A stretch of 64,000 nt of DNA from Macrostomum hystrix (lineage: Eukaryota > Animalia > Platyhelminthes). A program made the translations under genes and the position numbers. The stretch spans positions 7,874,001 to 7,938,000 of the forward strand of contig CATNEN010000038.1 in the NCBI GenBank assembly GCA_950097015.1, given 5' to 3'. The notes under the pieces were generated by a model. The model saw nothing but the letters and a program-made list of their open reading frames with translations. It was not told the DNA's origin and made no database searches. Shown piece after piece: positions 25,676-40,300 of this stretch (positions within the stretch are counted from its first letter, which is position 1; the number at the start of each line of letters is the position of its first letter).

Positions 25676-27587
25676 ATGCACCTCGCCACCTACGAAGCCG
25701 AGTTGTACACCGAGTTCGCCGAGTACCGGGTGTACAAGTGGATTCATTGGTTCGTCAGCCCGGCCCTGTTCCTGACTGGCACCTGTGGCAATGCGCTGCT
25801 TATCTGGCTGCTTCTGCCCAACTGCCGTTCCACCGGCACCTACAAGTACCTGGTGGTGCTGGGCCTGGCCGACCAGCTCGTGCTGACATCCGGCCTCTTG
25901 AACCGCTGGCTGCAACAGTGCTTCGGCTTCAGCTTCGAGCTGCAGTGCCACGCCTGCTGTCTGGGCAACAAGTTTGCCTCTTATTTCTCCAGCTACTTCT
26001 CAGCCCTGCTCATCAGCGTGGTGTCCTTCGAGCGTTCTCTAGTCGTCTGCTTCCCCCTGAAAGCGGTCAGCCTCCAGTCCTCCAGGCGGATGCGCCTCGT
26101 CCTGTCCGCCATCTTGGCCTTCAGCGCCCTCATCAACTCCTACTGGTTCTTTATACTGGACCGTCTGCCAGACTCAGCTCAGAATATCACCGTTCAGTTT
26201 GCCTCCTGCGACATCAAACCCACTGCGCAGCGACTCTCAGGCCCAATTAGCGTTCTGGACGCTGTGCTTTACTCAATCCTGCCACTGCTGGTTATTTTCT
26301 CCTGCAATATTGTCACCATCTGTAAGCTGCAAAGAGCCAGTGTCCACAGGCGCCATAGGCTTAACGCCAACCATGGATGCCAGGCGTGGCAGAAACAGTC
26401 TGCTGGTGAGGCCGCATCCCATGCTTCGCACTTGTCTCCCATTGGCTAGAATCCCTGCCCCATCTTCTCGTATATCATTGGCTAGAATCTCTGCCCCGTC
26501 TTCTCGTCTATCATTGGCTAGAATTCAAACGCTCCAGTTTTTCGTCTCTCATTGGCTAAAATACCTGCCCCGTCTTCTCATCTATCATTGGCTAGAATCT
26601 CTGCCCCGTCTTCTCGTCTATCATTGGCTAGAATCTCTGCCCCGTCTTCTCGTCTATCATTGGCTAGAATCTCTGCCCCGTCTTCTCGTCTATCATTGGC
26701 TAGAATCTCTGCCCCGTCTTCTCGTCTATCATTGGCTAGAATCTCTGCCCCGTCTTCTCGTCTATCATTGGCTAGAATCTCTGCCCCGTCTTCTCGTCTA
26801 TCATTGGCTAGAATTCAAACGCTCCAGTTTTTCGTCTCTCATTGGCTAAAATACCTGCACCGTCTTATCCTTTCTGCAAGAAAGTGGCTCTAAGATATGC
26901 ACCACCATTGAAGATCAAGGAAGGTATTCTAGAGTGTGTACTTATGGCTCTGTGCCTAATCACAGATTAAAGCAGTAAAAAAACTAAAAAACAAAGTACA
27001 ATGTTAGGACTAAACTGTCGATAAAAAACTATTAAAATTGACTTCGAAGCTAATTAGACTGGTTGATATTGTGCACAGGTATCACGTCCTCAACTGCAGT
27101 CAAGGGAGCACAGGGCCAATCAGCTGGTAGCCAGCACGCGGACGAGAGCGTCCGCCAGGTGACCATCCTGCTGCTGTCCATCTCGACCTTCTACCTCATC
27201 GCCTCGCTGCCCGTGGCCCTGCTGAAGGTCCTGACAACTCTGTCGAATGCCATCGACCTCTCTGCGCTGAGCGAGAACCGACAGTCATATGCGCGATACC
27301 GTCTGGTCGAGTCCGTCACTCACCTGTGCATGTACTCCAATCACTGCGTCAACTTCCTGCTCTACTGCGCCTCCGGCCAGCGGATTCGCAACGAGCTCCG
27401 GGCGCGCCTCCATCAGGCCTGCTGCCGCTGCTGCATCGGCGGCACCAGGGGCAACGACTCGACAGCGATGGTCGGTGTTGGCGCAGCCCTGACCAACGGC
27501 CGGTGCCACGTTAGCGATGCCAACGCTGCCGGCGCTGGGCGACCCAGCCCGGAGCTGATGCCGCTGCAGATCGACGTGGAAAGCTGA
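25676..27587 (+). CDS. Class A (rhodopsin-like) GPCR, FMRFamide/myosuppressin/sex-peptide-receptor-like group (about 412 aa)
   Basis: Exons 25676-26405 and 27079-27587 (phase 1 intron in ICL3). TM1 GTCGN, TM2 YLVVLGLAD, TM3 SFERSLVVCFPLK, TM5 YSILP, TM6 ASLP, TM7 SNHCVNFLLY. An upstream exon cannot be excluded. Confidence 0.88.
26438..26868. repeat. 36-bp minisatellite (tcattggctagaatctctgccccgtcttctcgtcta)n
   Basis: About 12 copies in the GPCR intron. Confidence 0.95.
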
Positions 27588-28224
27588 GCGCCCATGGTTT
27601 GAGATTTTCCGGAATTGTTTTCACGAACTCAGTATAACAAACCAGATTTTGATTTTTCGGCATACATTTGTTACATTTTCGTTTTTTAATTAATTATAAT
27701 TCGTTTCTTGCGATAAATTTACATGCTTTTTAACAAAAGTTTCTCGATTTCTATGGTAAATGCGCGCGAGTTTAAACTTGAATAAAAAAAGAAAATAATC
27801 AACTATGATTAACCAGACACTGATCGATAGATCATTAGATCCCTAGAGGCACACTTTATAAATGCTTGAAAACTTTTAGATTTTTACCTTAGACGTGACG
27901 ACTGTATTGGAACCTCAGACAATAAATTTTTCACCTTAGTCATAACTCATAGTCAGCCCCACACTGGATAACCTTCATAACACATAAATATATGTACTTT
28001 TGATGATTAGATATGCGGTAAAAAGTTGTTTATTTTAAAGAAATTTATTCTTAAATAGTACCTAGAGCCACCTTCAGATATTAGCTCGTAAATAAAAGCA
28101 CTTTTCAAATGTCCCTTAAAAATGTTCGTTCTTTATCAACAAAAATAACTGCATTACAAATATAGTCTATTTGTCTCAGTGATTTTCTCAGGGTAACGTA
28201 GAATAAGTTAAATAGGGCCATAGA

Positions 28225-28522
28225 CATCATCCACCTGGATAATCCCTCATCATCAATCCTTCACCTGGATAATCCAACACCATCTACCTGGATTATCCAT
28301 CACCATCTACCTGGATTATCCATCACCATCTACCTGGATTATCCCTCATTATCCATTCTTCACCTAGCTGGATTATCCATCACCATCTACTAGATTATCC
28401 CTCACTATCCATACTTCACCTGGATAATCCATCATCATCCACATACGTTATCCATTATCATTCATTATCCTCCTGACTCAACATTCATAATCCACCTGGA
28501 TAATCCATTATCATCCACCTGC
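28225..28522. repeat. Degenerate repeat (catcyacctggatwatcc)
   Basis: About 9 imperfect copies. Confidence 0.8.
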
Positions 28523-28558
28523 ACCAAGATCACCCTGGCTAGGATCTTAAATTACCAG

Positions 28559-29448
28559 AGTAGTATCTGTAGCAGTAGTATCTGCAGCAGTAGTATCTGT
28601 AGCAGTAGTATCTGTAGCAGTAGTATCTGCAGCAGTAGTATCTGCAGCAGTAGTGTCTGTAGCAGTAGTATCTGTAGCAGTAGTATCTGTAGCAGTAGTA
28701 TCTGTAGCAGTAGTATCTGTAGCAGTAGTATCTGTAGCAGTAGTATCTGTAGCAGTAGTATCTGTAGCAGTAGTATCTGCAGCAGTAGTATCTGTAGCAG
28801 TAGTATCTGTAGCAGTAGTATCTGTAGCAGTAGTATCTGTAGCAGTAGTATCTGCAACAGTAGTATCTGCAACAGTAGAATCTGTAGCAGTAGTATCAGC
28901 AACAGTAGTATCTGTAGCAGTAGTATCTGTAGCAGTAGTATCTGTAGCAGTAGTATCTGTAGCAGTAGTATCTGCAACAGTAGAATCTGTAGCAGTAGTA
29001 TCTGTAGCAGTAGTATCTGTAGCAGTAGTATCTGTAGCAGTAGTATCTGCAACAGTAGTATCTGTAGCAGTAGTATCTGTAGCAGTAGTATCTGCAACAG
29101 TAGTATTTGCAGCAGTAGTATCTGTAGCAGTAGTATTTGTAGCAGTAGTATCTGCAGCAGTAGTATTTGCAGCAGTAGTATCTGTAGCAGTAGTATTTGT
29201 AGCAGTAGTATCTGCAGCAGTAGTATCTGTAGCAGTAGTATCTGTAGCAGTAGTATTTGTAGCAGTAGTATCTGCAGCAGTAGTATCTGTAGCAGTAGTA
29301 TCTGCAACAGTAGTATCTGTAGCAGTAGTATCTGCAGCAGTAGTATTTGTAGCAGTAGTATCTGCTGGAGTAGTATCTGTAGCAGTAGTATCTGCAACAG
29401 TAGTATCTGCAACAGTAGTATCTGCCGGAGTAGTATCTGTAGCAGTAG
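28559..29448. repeat. 15-bp minisatellite (agtagtatctgtagc)n
   Basis: About 59 copies, intergenic. Confidence 0.97.
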
Positions 29449-30093
29449 CTTTTAATCAGGGTACATTGTGGTGCATCATCGTGACTAATCTAGTAGAGGA
29501 CGGCCCTCCGGGACCCGCCCCCAGACAGTTTGCTAGTTAACTCGCAACTCAACTGAACTGACTCGAACTGAGACTGTTCCCAGAGAAGTGTGAGCAGGTC
29601 TCACTATAGAAATCAATAATGCGACTGCATGCGTGCCTCTATCTGAAACGAGCATGCCTCAGTTCATATAGGCGAATGCACTCTAAGAGTTTGGGAATCG
29701 AAATTCCCAAAGTCAAGCATTAACATATTAAGAACTAGTGAGTTTAAGCAGCTGTTTTATTTGGCAATTTGCGAGTCGAAATCATTAAAATGCTTTGCCG
29801 TTCCTCAAGAGTCTTCGTATGGGAGGATGCTCACTTCGCGTGCTCACTTCAGTGCGAGCAGTGTGCTCAAGCAGCAGTTGAAATGAAAATGCAAATTGCT
29901 TAACTGCCTCAAGAGCATTGTCAAATGTGTCACCTCTAGTCAGATTCGATGGCTGATGAAGCATTTGTTGGTCTCAAAACATTTGTCCCAACAGAAATGC
30001 AGCTTATATCAGGGAAGTGGATTCGCTGCAGTTTGAGTTTCACAACAGTCCCATATTTGTAGCATCCGTTTTTTAATTAGATCTGCAGTGACA

Positions 30094-30212
30094 GTGTACA
30101 GTGCCTAAAGATGAGAAAGTCAGGGCAGATGTACACACCTGTGTGAGTGTGTGCCTGTGTACAGTATCTGTGTGGGTGTGTGCTCAGGAGTCAGCGGAAT
30201 GGGCAGAATTGC
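30094..30212 (+). mobile_element. Dispersed SINE-like repeat, copy 3 (truncated)
   Basis: About 120-bp match to the shared core, same orientation. Confidence 0.7.
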
Positions 30213-30357
30213 CGCAACGCTGCCTGCGGGTCTAGTGTCTCCACAGCCCCTCTCAAAATAAACATTTTAGCTGTATTAAGCATGACAGACATTTATGTCA
30301 AAGTAATCATCCTTTACTTAAATAATTCCGTGGTTTTCTATCACAAAATTTACTTTA

Positions 30358-30782
30358 AGACAGGTGTCTCAATCATAAAGACAGGTGTCTCAATCCTATA
30401 GACAGGTGTCTCAATCCCTAACACAGGTGTCTCAATCCTATAGACAGGTGTCTCAATCCCTAACACAGGTGTCTCAATCCTATAGACAGGTGTCTCAATC
30501 CCTAACACAGGTGTCTCAATCCTATAGACAGGTGTCTCAATCCCTAACACAGGTGTCTCAATCCTATAGACAGGTGTCTCAATCCTATAGACAGGTGTCT
30601 CAATCCCTAACACAGGTGTCTCAATCCCTAACACAGGTGTCTCAATCCTATAGACAGGTGTCTCAATCCCTAACACAGGTGTCTCAATCCTAGAGACAGG
30701 TGTCTCAATCCCTAACACAGGTGTCTCAATCGCTAACACAGGTGTCTCAATCCCTAACACAGGTGTTTCATCCTTTAGACAG
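30358..30782. repeat. 21-bp minisatellite (acaggtgtctcaatcc ctaac/tatag)n
   Basis: About 20 copies downstream of the EFCAB6-like stop. Confidence 0.96.
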
Positions 30783-31042
30783 CTGTTTCGTCTACAAGTG
30801 AAATGTGTATTTGTTATGCATTTCAATCCGTAAAATAAAAAAAATATTTTCTTAATTCTTCATTCTTCATTGGAGTCTAATTTTTCTCTGCTCAAATGTC
30901 TAATTTTGCATTGCATTTGTGATTTGAAAAGTTTTTAGTGACTTTATACCAGCTGAAAAGTCTTCACCATGGACAAGCAAAGTGACCGGTGGACAATTTA
31001 TATTTTGCTAGTCAGTTTTTCCTGTGGCAAAAGTTGAGTCGA

Positions 31043-34000
31043 TCACGCCTTCTTGGCGAACAACTCGAGCAACATCTCCACGAACTTAAAGTAATTAATC
31101 ATGTTCGTCTCGGGTTCGAATCCCAGCTCCCTGAGGGCCAGGTTCAGCTCCTTGCTGGAGGCTTCACAGCCAAGCCGTTGATGCAAAACCAGCTTGAGGC
31201 GTTGACGGGTCACGTGATTCCTCCGGTCAGGATCGCAGCGGCGAAAGGCCTGAATCAGCGGCTTCCAGTTGATGATGAGCTGTGAGCGAGACCAATTGAA
31301 TTCTGTTCTATGATTGGTGGGTTCTGTTCAATGATTGGTGGGTTCCTTTTATGATTGGTGGGTTCCTTTTATGATTGGTGGGTTCCTTTTATGATTGGTG
31401 GGTTCCTTTTATGATTGGTGGGTTCCTTTTATGATTGGTGGGTTCCTTTTATGATTGGTGGGTTCTGTTCAATGATTGGTGGGTTCCTTTTATGATTGGT
31501 GGGTTCTGTTCAATGATTGGTGGGTTCCTTTTATGATTGGTGGGTTCTGTTCAATGATTGGTGGGTTCCTTTTATGATTGGTGGGTTCCTTTTATGATTG
31601 GTGGGTTCCTTTCATGATTGGTGGGTTCTGTTTCATGATTGGTGGGTTCTGTTTCATGATTGGTGGGTTCTGTTTCATGATTGGTGGGCTCTGTTTCATG
31701 ATTGGTGTGCTCTGTTTCATGATTGGTGGGTTCTGTTTCATGATTGGTGGGCTCTGTTTCATGATTGGTGGGTTCTGTTTCATGATTGGTGGGCTCTGTT
31801 TCATGATTGGTGGGCTCTGTTTCATGATTGGTGGGCTCTGTTTCATGATTGGTGGGTTCTGTTTCATGATTGGTGGGTTCTGTTCCATGATTGGTGGGCT
31901 CTGTTTCATGATTGGTGGGCTCTGTTTCATGATTGGTGGGTTCTGTTTCATGATTGGTGGGTTCTGTTTCATGATTGGTGGGTTCTGTTTCATGATTGGT
32001 GGGTTCTGTTCCATGATTGGTGGGCTCTGTTTCATGATTGGTGGGCTCTGTTTCATGATTGGTGGGTTCTGTTTCATGATTGGTGGGTTCTGTTTCATGA
32101 TTGGTGGGTTCTGTTTCATGATTGGTGGGCTCTGTTTCATAATTAGGTTGCACAGACCTTGTTTCGATCAATCACGTCGGAGATGAAAACTGGTCCGCCG
32201 CTGAAATATCTCAGGAAACTCAGATAGTCGAATCTGGCAGCTTCTCTGCGGATTTAAGCAGAGAGTCAGTCAGCAAAATGATTGAAAGGCAAAAGCAAGT
32301 ACTGTCAGTGAGTCCTGACACTGTCTATTAGTATGCCTAGCAACAGCTCTTAAGTACCTGGCGCCTCTCGAGTGGACCTGAAATCGCTGGCAAATCCTGA
32401 GCATGTCGGAGCCCGATCCCGGGAGATTCGACGAGATGGCAACCCGCTGAAATTAAGATACGACCACAAGCCACGATGATTTAAGTACCCAAGACTGGTG
32501 TCTCAATCCCCATTGAACAGATGTCTCAAACTCTAAGAAAAGTGTCTCAATCCCTAGCACAGGTGTCTCAATCCCTAGCACAGGTGTCTCAATCCCTAGC
32601 ACAGGTGTCTCAATCCCTAGCACAGGTGTCTCAATCCCTAGCACAGGTGTCTCAATCCCCAGCACAGGTGTCTCAATCCCTAGCACAGGTGTCTCAATCC
32701 CCAGCACAGGTGTCTCAATCCCTAGCACAGGTGTCTCTATCCCTAGCACAGGTGTCTCAATCCCCAGCACAGGTGTCTCAATCCCCAGCACAGGTTGGTG
32801 GGTGGGCTGACACCAACTCCCCAGCAATCCCGAAGACAGGTGTTTTAAAACCTTAAACAAGTGTCTCAATCCCTAATACAGGTTTTTCAAACCCTAAGAC
32901 AGGTGTCTCAATCCTTAAGACAGGTGTTTCAAACCCTAAGACAGGTGTCTCAATCCTTAAGACAGGTGTTTCAAACCCTTAGACTGGTGTCTCAATTTCC
33001 AATAATAGTTTCTTAATCGCAAGCTTAAACTCTCGGACTAATTTATTCATCTCAATCGGCTGAGCATTCTAAAACTCAAAGGTGCATTTCAAGGTCACAG
33101 AATTCATTAGTGAATTGAACGGAAGCCTCTTATGGTCGATTGGACAGAAATCGGAACAAGCAGTTGTGCTCATTAGTGCGATCTGTTTACAGAATTACAA
33201 GCAACAGTTTATAGTGCTTTTTCTTAGTTTTCGAAAACAAGCAGCGAGATGATCAAAACAAATCAGCCACAATTCACATTTGAGCCGACTTTTAAAAGGA
33301 CTCACAATGACTCAAGATCCAACATCTCAGTCTCCTCATTAACGTGAGAGCACACCACTTTTAGACATGTCCTTCGGAAATCCTGTTTACTCGTTCCATT
33401 TCAAAATTGTCTTAAAGTGCACATGAAACACCTACGGAACAGTTTCTTGTCGCTGGCTCATTGAACTCAATTGAACACCACATCTGAATCAACTGACACC
33501 CAACTGAATCAGCTGACACCCAACTGAATCAGCTGACACCCAACTGAATCAACTGACACCCAACTGAATCAGCTGACACCCAACTGAATCAGCTGACACC
33601 CAACTGAATCAACTGACACCCAACTGAATCAGCTGACACCCAACTGAATCAGCTGACACCCAACTGAATCAACTGACACCCAACTGAATCAGCTGACACC
33701 CAACTGAATCAGCTGACACCCAACTGAATCAGCTGACACCCAACTGAATCAACTGACACCCAACTGAATCAGCTGACACCCAACTGAATCAACTGACACC
33801 CAACTGAATCAGCTGACACCCAACTGAATCAGCTGACACCCAACTGAATCAGCTGACACCCAACTGAATCAACTGACACCCAACTGAATCAGCTGACACC
33901 CAACTGAATCAGCTGACACCCAACTGAATCAACTGACACCCAACTGAATCAACTGACACCCAACTGAATCAACTGACACCCAACTGAATCAGCTGACACC

Positions 34001-34265
34001 AACTGCCCCTACTGACACCCTCTACCCTGACAGCCAACCCGCCTTTTCCCTCACCAGAAAGCAGTCCTGGTGAACTATGCCGCAGCCCATTGAGTCGAAG
34101 GCAGCGAAGTCCTGTTTCAGACGATCCCAATTGACCAGCGTGGACTCGCGACAGCGTTTGAGCATAGACTCAACACTCGGCCCCAGATGGGCTTCGGGCG
34201 CAGCAGTTTTGCTGACGGCATGAAGGGACTTGGACCTTTCTGTCTGAGCACGCCTGTGCTGCGAT

Positions 34266-34318
<53 letters not shown>

Positions 34319-37300
34319 AGCATTGGTTGGGTCTAAAGTAAAGTTGCATAGGTGACAACGCTTTGATCGTTACTAATTAGGATGAAAATAATGCAAGGCC
34401 ACAGACCTGAGCAGGTGGACTTGTTCATGGCCCACAGACGAACAAACAGCTCCTTGAATTTGAGTCCAGACTCAGGTTGGCAGTCCTCACACAGCTGCTG
34501 CCACACCTGCTGAATCTCTTCAGGAGTTACATCAACGCCCAGCCTATGATGAGTTAAATGAGTCAGATCAGAGCTTGAGAAGCGCTAGAGACAGGTGTCC
34601 CACCCATGACGACAGGTATCCCACCCGTGACGACAGGTGTCCCACCCGTGAGGACAGGTGTCCAACCCTCACAGACCAGTGCCTTAATCCCTATGACCTG
34701 TGTCTCAATCTATAAGACAGGTGTCTCAATCTATAAGACAGGTGTCTCAATCAATAAGACAGGTGTCTCAATCTATAAGACAGGTGTCTCAATCTATAAG
34801 ACAGGTGTCTCAATCTATAAGACAGGTGTCTCAGTCAATAAGACAGGTGTCTCAATTTATAAGACAGGTGTCTCAGTCAATAAGACAGGTGTCTCAATCT
34901 ATAAGACAGGTGTCTCAGTCAATAAGACAGGTGTCTCAATCTATAAGACAGGTGTCTTTAGCACTTACACAGGTGTGTCAATCACTTAGACAGGTGTCTG
35001 AATCACTTAGACAGGTGTCTGAATCACTTAGACAGGTGTCTGAATCACTTAGACAGGTGTCTGAATCACTTAGACAGGTGTCTGAATCACTTAGACAGGT
35101 GTCTGAATCACTTAGACAGGTGTCTGAATCACTTAGACAGGTGTCTGAATCACTTAGACAGGTGTCTGAATCACTTAGACAGGTGTCTGAATCACTTAGA
35201 CAGGTGTCTGAATCACTTAGACAGGTGTCTGAATCACTTAGACAGGTGTCTGAATCACTTAGACAGGTGTCTGAATCACTTAGACAAGTGTCTGAATCAC
35301 TTAGACAGGTGTCTGAATCACTTAGACAGGTGTCTGAATCACTTAGACAGGTGTCTGAATCACTTAGACAGGTGTCTGAATCACTTAGACAGGTGTCTGA
35401 ATCACTTAGACAGGTGTCTGAATCACTTAGACAGGTGTCTTTATCACTAACACAGGTGTCTCAATCATAAAGACAAGTGTGTTTTTACAAGACAAGACAA
35501 GTGTAACACAGGTGTCTCAATCCCTAACACGGGTGGCTTAATCTCTGACACAGGTGCCCTAAATCCCAAAGACACCCAGTAGGATCTCGCACCTTGCCAT
35601 GAGGATTCGCAATCCGTTGCAGTCGATTCTCTGATCACGGTCTCCCAGCTGTGTTTTGACCAGCAGATCAGCTCGGTGCAGATGCAGGCTGAGCGAGTTG
35701 CAGATCCGCCTAGAGACCACAGCAACCGGCCGGCGGGTGGTTGCACCAGCTTCTGGGGTCCGGCTTGACCACTGGGTGGCGGCCTCCGCCGTAGTCACGT
35801 GATGCTCAGCATTGGATTCTTCGGCTGAGTTCAAATCGGTTTCGATTGCCTGACTTTCGAAAGCTGCTTCGGGCCGCCTGGGGTGAGATGAGGAGTGAGA
35901 TGAGGAGTGAGATGAGGAGTGAGATGAGGAGTGAGATGAGAAGTGAGATGAGAAGTGAGATGAGGAGTGAGGTGAGGAGTGAGATGAGGAGTGAGATGAG
36001 GAGTGAGGTGAGGAGTGAGGTGAGGAGTGAGATAAGGAGTGAGATGAGATGTGAGATGAGAAGTGAGATGAGGAGTGAGATGAGGAGTGAGATGAGAAGT
36101 GAGATGAGGAGTGAGATGAGGAGTGAGATGAGAAGTGAGATGAGGAGTGAGATGAGGAGTGAGATGAGGAGTGAGATGAGGAGTGAGATGAGGAGTGAGA
36201 TGAGGAGTGAGATGAGAAGTGAGATGAGGAGTGAGATGAGGAGTGAGGTGAGGAGTGAGATGAGGAGTGAGATGAGGAGTGAGGTGAGAAGTGAGATGAG
36301 GAGTGAGATGAGGAGTGAGATGAGGAGTGAGATGAGGAGTGAGATGAGGAGTGAGATGAGGAGTGAGATGAGGAGTGAGATGAGGAGTGAGATGAGGAGT
36401 GAGATGAGGAGTGAGATGAGAAGTGAGATGAGGAGTGAGATGAGGAGTGAGGTGAGGAGTGAGATGAGGAGTGAGATGAGGAGTGAGGTGAGGAGTGAGG
36501 TGAGGAGTGAGGTGAGGAGTGAGATGAGAAGTGAGATGAGGAGTGAAATGAGGAGTAAGATGAGGAGTGAGGTGAGGATAATTGTGAACTTCGTGTCATT
36601 ATGGAGAGCAAAATTTACCGAATAAAACAACTGCTTCCTTTTTACGATGAGCAGTTGCTGGCAGTCTAAACCACTTCTCAAAATCCCTGTTTTATTCTAA
36701 GGGATTATTTCCCCCTTCTGCTGGAAGCCTTTATTAATCCCGGTGCCCCAAGTGCATCTATTTTAGATTCTCGATGGGATTTTATTTACCCCTCCACTGA
36801 GGTCCGGCTGCAAGCTATAAGACCCAAGCTGAATGCAAATTAATTAGTAGCTTTTCACGGCCATAGCTGAGACTAAGTCCAAGAGAAAGTTTTCATGAAC
36901 CTGAGCAGCCAATTAAAATAAGTAACAGTTAAACCTGCATTACTGGCAGCTTGCAACTGAAGACTCAATCCAAATCTCACAGGTGACATCCCGATCTCAC
37001 AGGTGACATCCCAATCTCACAGGTGACATCCCAATCTCACAGGTGACATCCCGATCTCATGGGTGACATCCCAATCTCACAGGTGACATCCCAATCTCAC
37101 AGGTGACATCCCGATCTCATGGGTGACATCCCAATCTCACAGGTGACATCCCAATCTCACAGGTGACATCCCGATCTCATGGGTGACATCCCAATCTCAC
37201 AGGTGACATCCCAATCTCACAGGTGTCATCTCAATCTCACGGGTGACATCCCAATCTCACGGGTGACATCCCAATCTCACGGGTGACATCCGAATCTCAC

Positions 37301-40300
37301 GGGTGACATCCGAATCTCACGGGTGACATCCGAATCTCACGGGTGACATCCGAATCTCACGGCTGACATCCCAATCTCAAAGGTGACATCCCAATCTCAC
37401 GGGTGACATCCCAATCTCATAGGTGACATCCCGATCTCAAAGGTGACATCTCAATCTCACGGGTGACATCCCAATCTCACGGGTGACATCCCAATCTCAC
37501 GGGTGACATCTCAATCTCACTGGTGACATCCCAATCTTATAGGTGACATCCCGATCTCATAGGTGACATCCCGATCTCACGGGTGACATCCCAATCTCAC
37601 GGGTGACATCCCAATCTCACAGGTGACATCCCAATCTCACAGGTGACATCCCAATCTCACGGGTGACATCCCGATCTCACAGGTGACATCTCAAGCGCCT
37701 CACCTCGAGTGGAATAGCTGCAAAAATTTCTCATAGTTGACTGACGAACTCGACCCGGCAGCAAACTCGCGAACCAGATCGTCCAGCTGGTCAAAAAATT
37801 CGGCCGACCTTCCGGGTAGAAACAGGGCGAGAATGTGGCGAAATTTGTCGCCCGAGACCGCACCACTTCGCTGCGCATCCTCCTGGCTGAAGTGGGTTGA
37901 GTTGGCTCTGGTGACTCGCTGAGTCGCATATCTTGGCGCAATTACATTCTCAACCGTGAGTACCATAACGGCGAGAGGTAATACCCTAACGGGGAGAGTT
38001 TATACACCAACGGCGAGAGTTTATACCCCAACGGCGAGATTTTATACCCCAACGGCGAGATTTTATACCCCAACGGCGAGATTTTATACCTTAACGGCGA
38101 GAGTTTACACACCAACGGCGAGAGTTAATACACCAACGGCGAGAGTTAATACACCAACGGCGAGATTTTATACCCCAACGGCGAGAGTTAATACACCAAC
38201 GGCGAGATTTTATACACCAAAGGCGAGATTTTATACACCAACGGCGAGAGTTAATACACCAACGGCGAGATTTTATACACCAAAGGCGAGATTTTATACA
38301 CCAACGGCGAGAGTTTACACACCAACGGCGAGAGTTTACACACCAACGGCGAGAGTTAATACACCAACGGCGAGAGTTAATACACCAACGGCGAGATTTT
38401 ATACCCCAACGGCGAGAGTTAATACACCAACGGCGAGATTTTATACACCAAAGGCGAGATTTTATACACCAACGGCGAGATTTTATACCCCAACGGCGAG
38501 AGTTAATCCACCAACGGCGAGATTTTATACACCAACGGCGAGAGTTTATGCCCCAACGGCGAGAGTTTATACCCCAACGGCGAGATTTTATACCCCAACG
38601 GCGAGCTTTTATACACCAACGGCGAGCTTTTATACACCAACGGCGAGCTTTTATACACCAACGGCGAGAGCTTAGCCCCAACGGCGAGAGTTTATACCCA
38701 CCCCAACGGCGAGATTTTATACCCCAACGGCGAGCTTTTATACACCAACGGCGAGAGTTTACACACCAATGGCGAGAGTTAATACACCAACGGCGAGAGT
38801 TTATACCCCAATGGCGGGAGTTTATACCCCAACGGCGAGATTTTATACCCCAACGGCGAGCTTTTATACACCAACGGCGAGAGTTTACACACCAATGGCG
38901 AGAGTTAATACACCAACGGCGAGAGTTTATACCCCAATGGCGGGAGTTATTTCAACCTCCAAATCGCAGCGAGAGTGTACGCTGCCTAACAATCAAGCTC
39001 CCTGCAAAAAAACATAGCAAACGACAATATTCTGAGATCGCCATAGAGTGCTCACAGAAATCCCAGCCACAGTCTCAGGTACTCCCGATGAAGGAAGATC
39101 AGGAGGCCGGCCTCCAATTGCGAGTCGCTGAGCACCTGCTGCTCATTCTGGATGCCCGGCTCTGACTCTTCGATACTGAAAATTTATTCGGATAAATTTG
39201 GCTTTTTATCATTTAAAACCCTCTTCAATTTAAAACTCCTACCACACGCCAACCCACACATCTGCCGCACATCTACCCACACATCTACCCACACATCTAC
39301 CACACATCTACCACACATCTACCCACACATCTACCACACATCTACCACACATCTACCCACACATCTACCCACACATCTACCACACATCTACCCACACATC
39401 TGCCGCACATCTACCACACATCTACTACACATTTACCACACATCTACCGACACATCTACCACACATCTACCCACACATCTACCCACACATCTTCCCACAC
39501 ATCTACCCACACATCTACCCACGCATCTACCACACATCTACCCACACATCTACCACACATCTACCACACATCTACCCACACATCTACCACACATCTACCA
39601 CACATCTACCGACACATCTACCACACATCTACCCACACATCTACCCACACATCTTCCCACACATCTACCCACACATCTACCCACGCATCTACCACGCATC
39701 TACCCACACATCTACCACACATCTACCACACATCTACCACACATCTGCCACACATCTACCACACCTCTTACCCAAAACTCGGTCCGGCAGCTCTACCCAC
39801 TACTCTACTCTATCCATACTACTCTACCTACACTACTCTACACACACCTCTACCTACAAATCTACCCACATCTTTTCGTCTACTCGTCTACCCAATACTC
39901 TACCCACACATCAGCCCAAACATCTACCCACTACTCTTCCCACTACTCTACCCACTACTCTACCCACTACTCTACCCAGTATTCTACCTACTACTTCCCC
40001 CCCGGCTCATATCTCCTTTTCTCTCACAGCCGTAGAAGGCGGTCGGCGAAGCTGCCGCCGCCGCGGCCGCCGCCGGTAGCCAGGAGCCGGTTCAGCGGCG
40101 AACCGTGTCCTCGCAGCATCAGTCTGTCCAGCAGCCTGGCGTAGCTCCAGCCGCCCCGGCAAAGCCTCAGCATCAGCTGGGCGAGACTGTCTGGCCCAGT
40201 CCTCAGGCCGAAGCCTTTCAGCACAGTCAGGAAGTCGCCAATTCGCACTGTGCCATCTGAGCTGGAGTCGCAGTGCCTGAAGGCCACCCGCATTGCTCGG

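Noticed and set aside
28552-29540. Poly-(LLQIL) and poly-(SVAVV) ORFs
   Set aside because: 15-bp tandem repeat artefacts.
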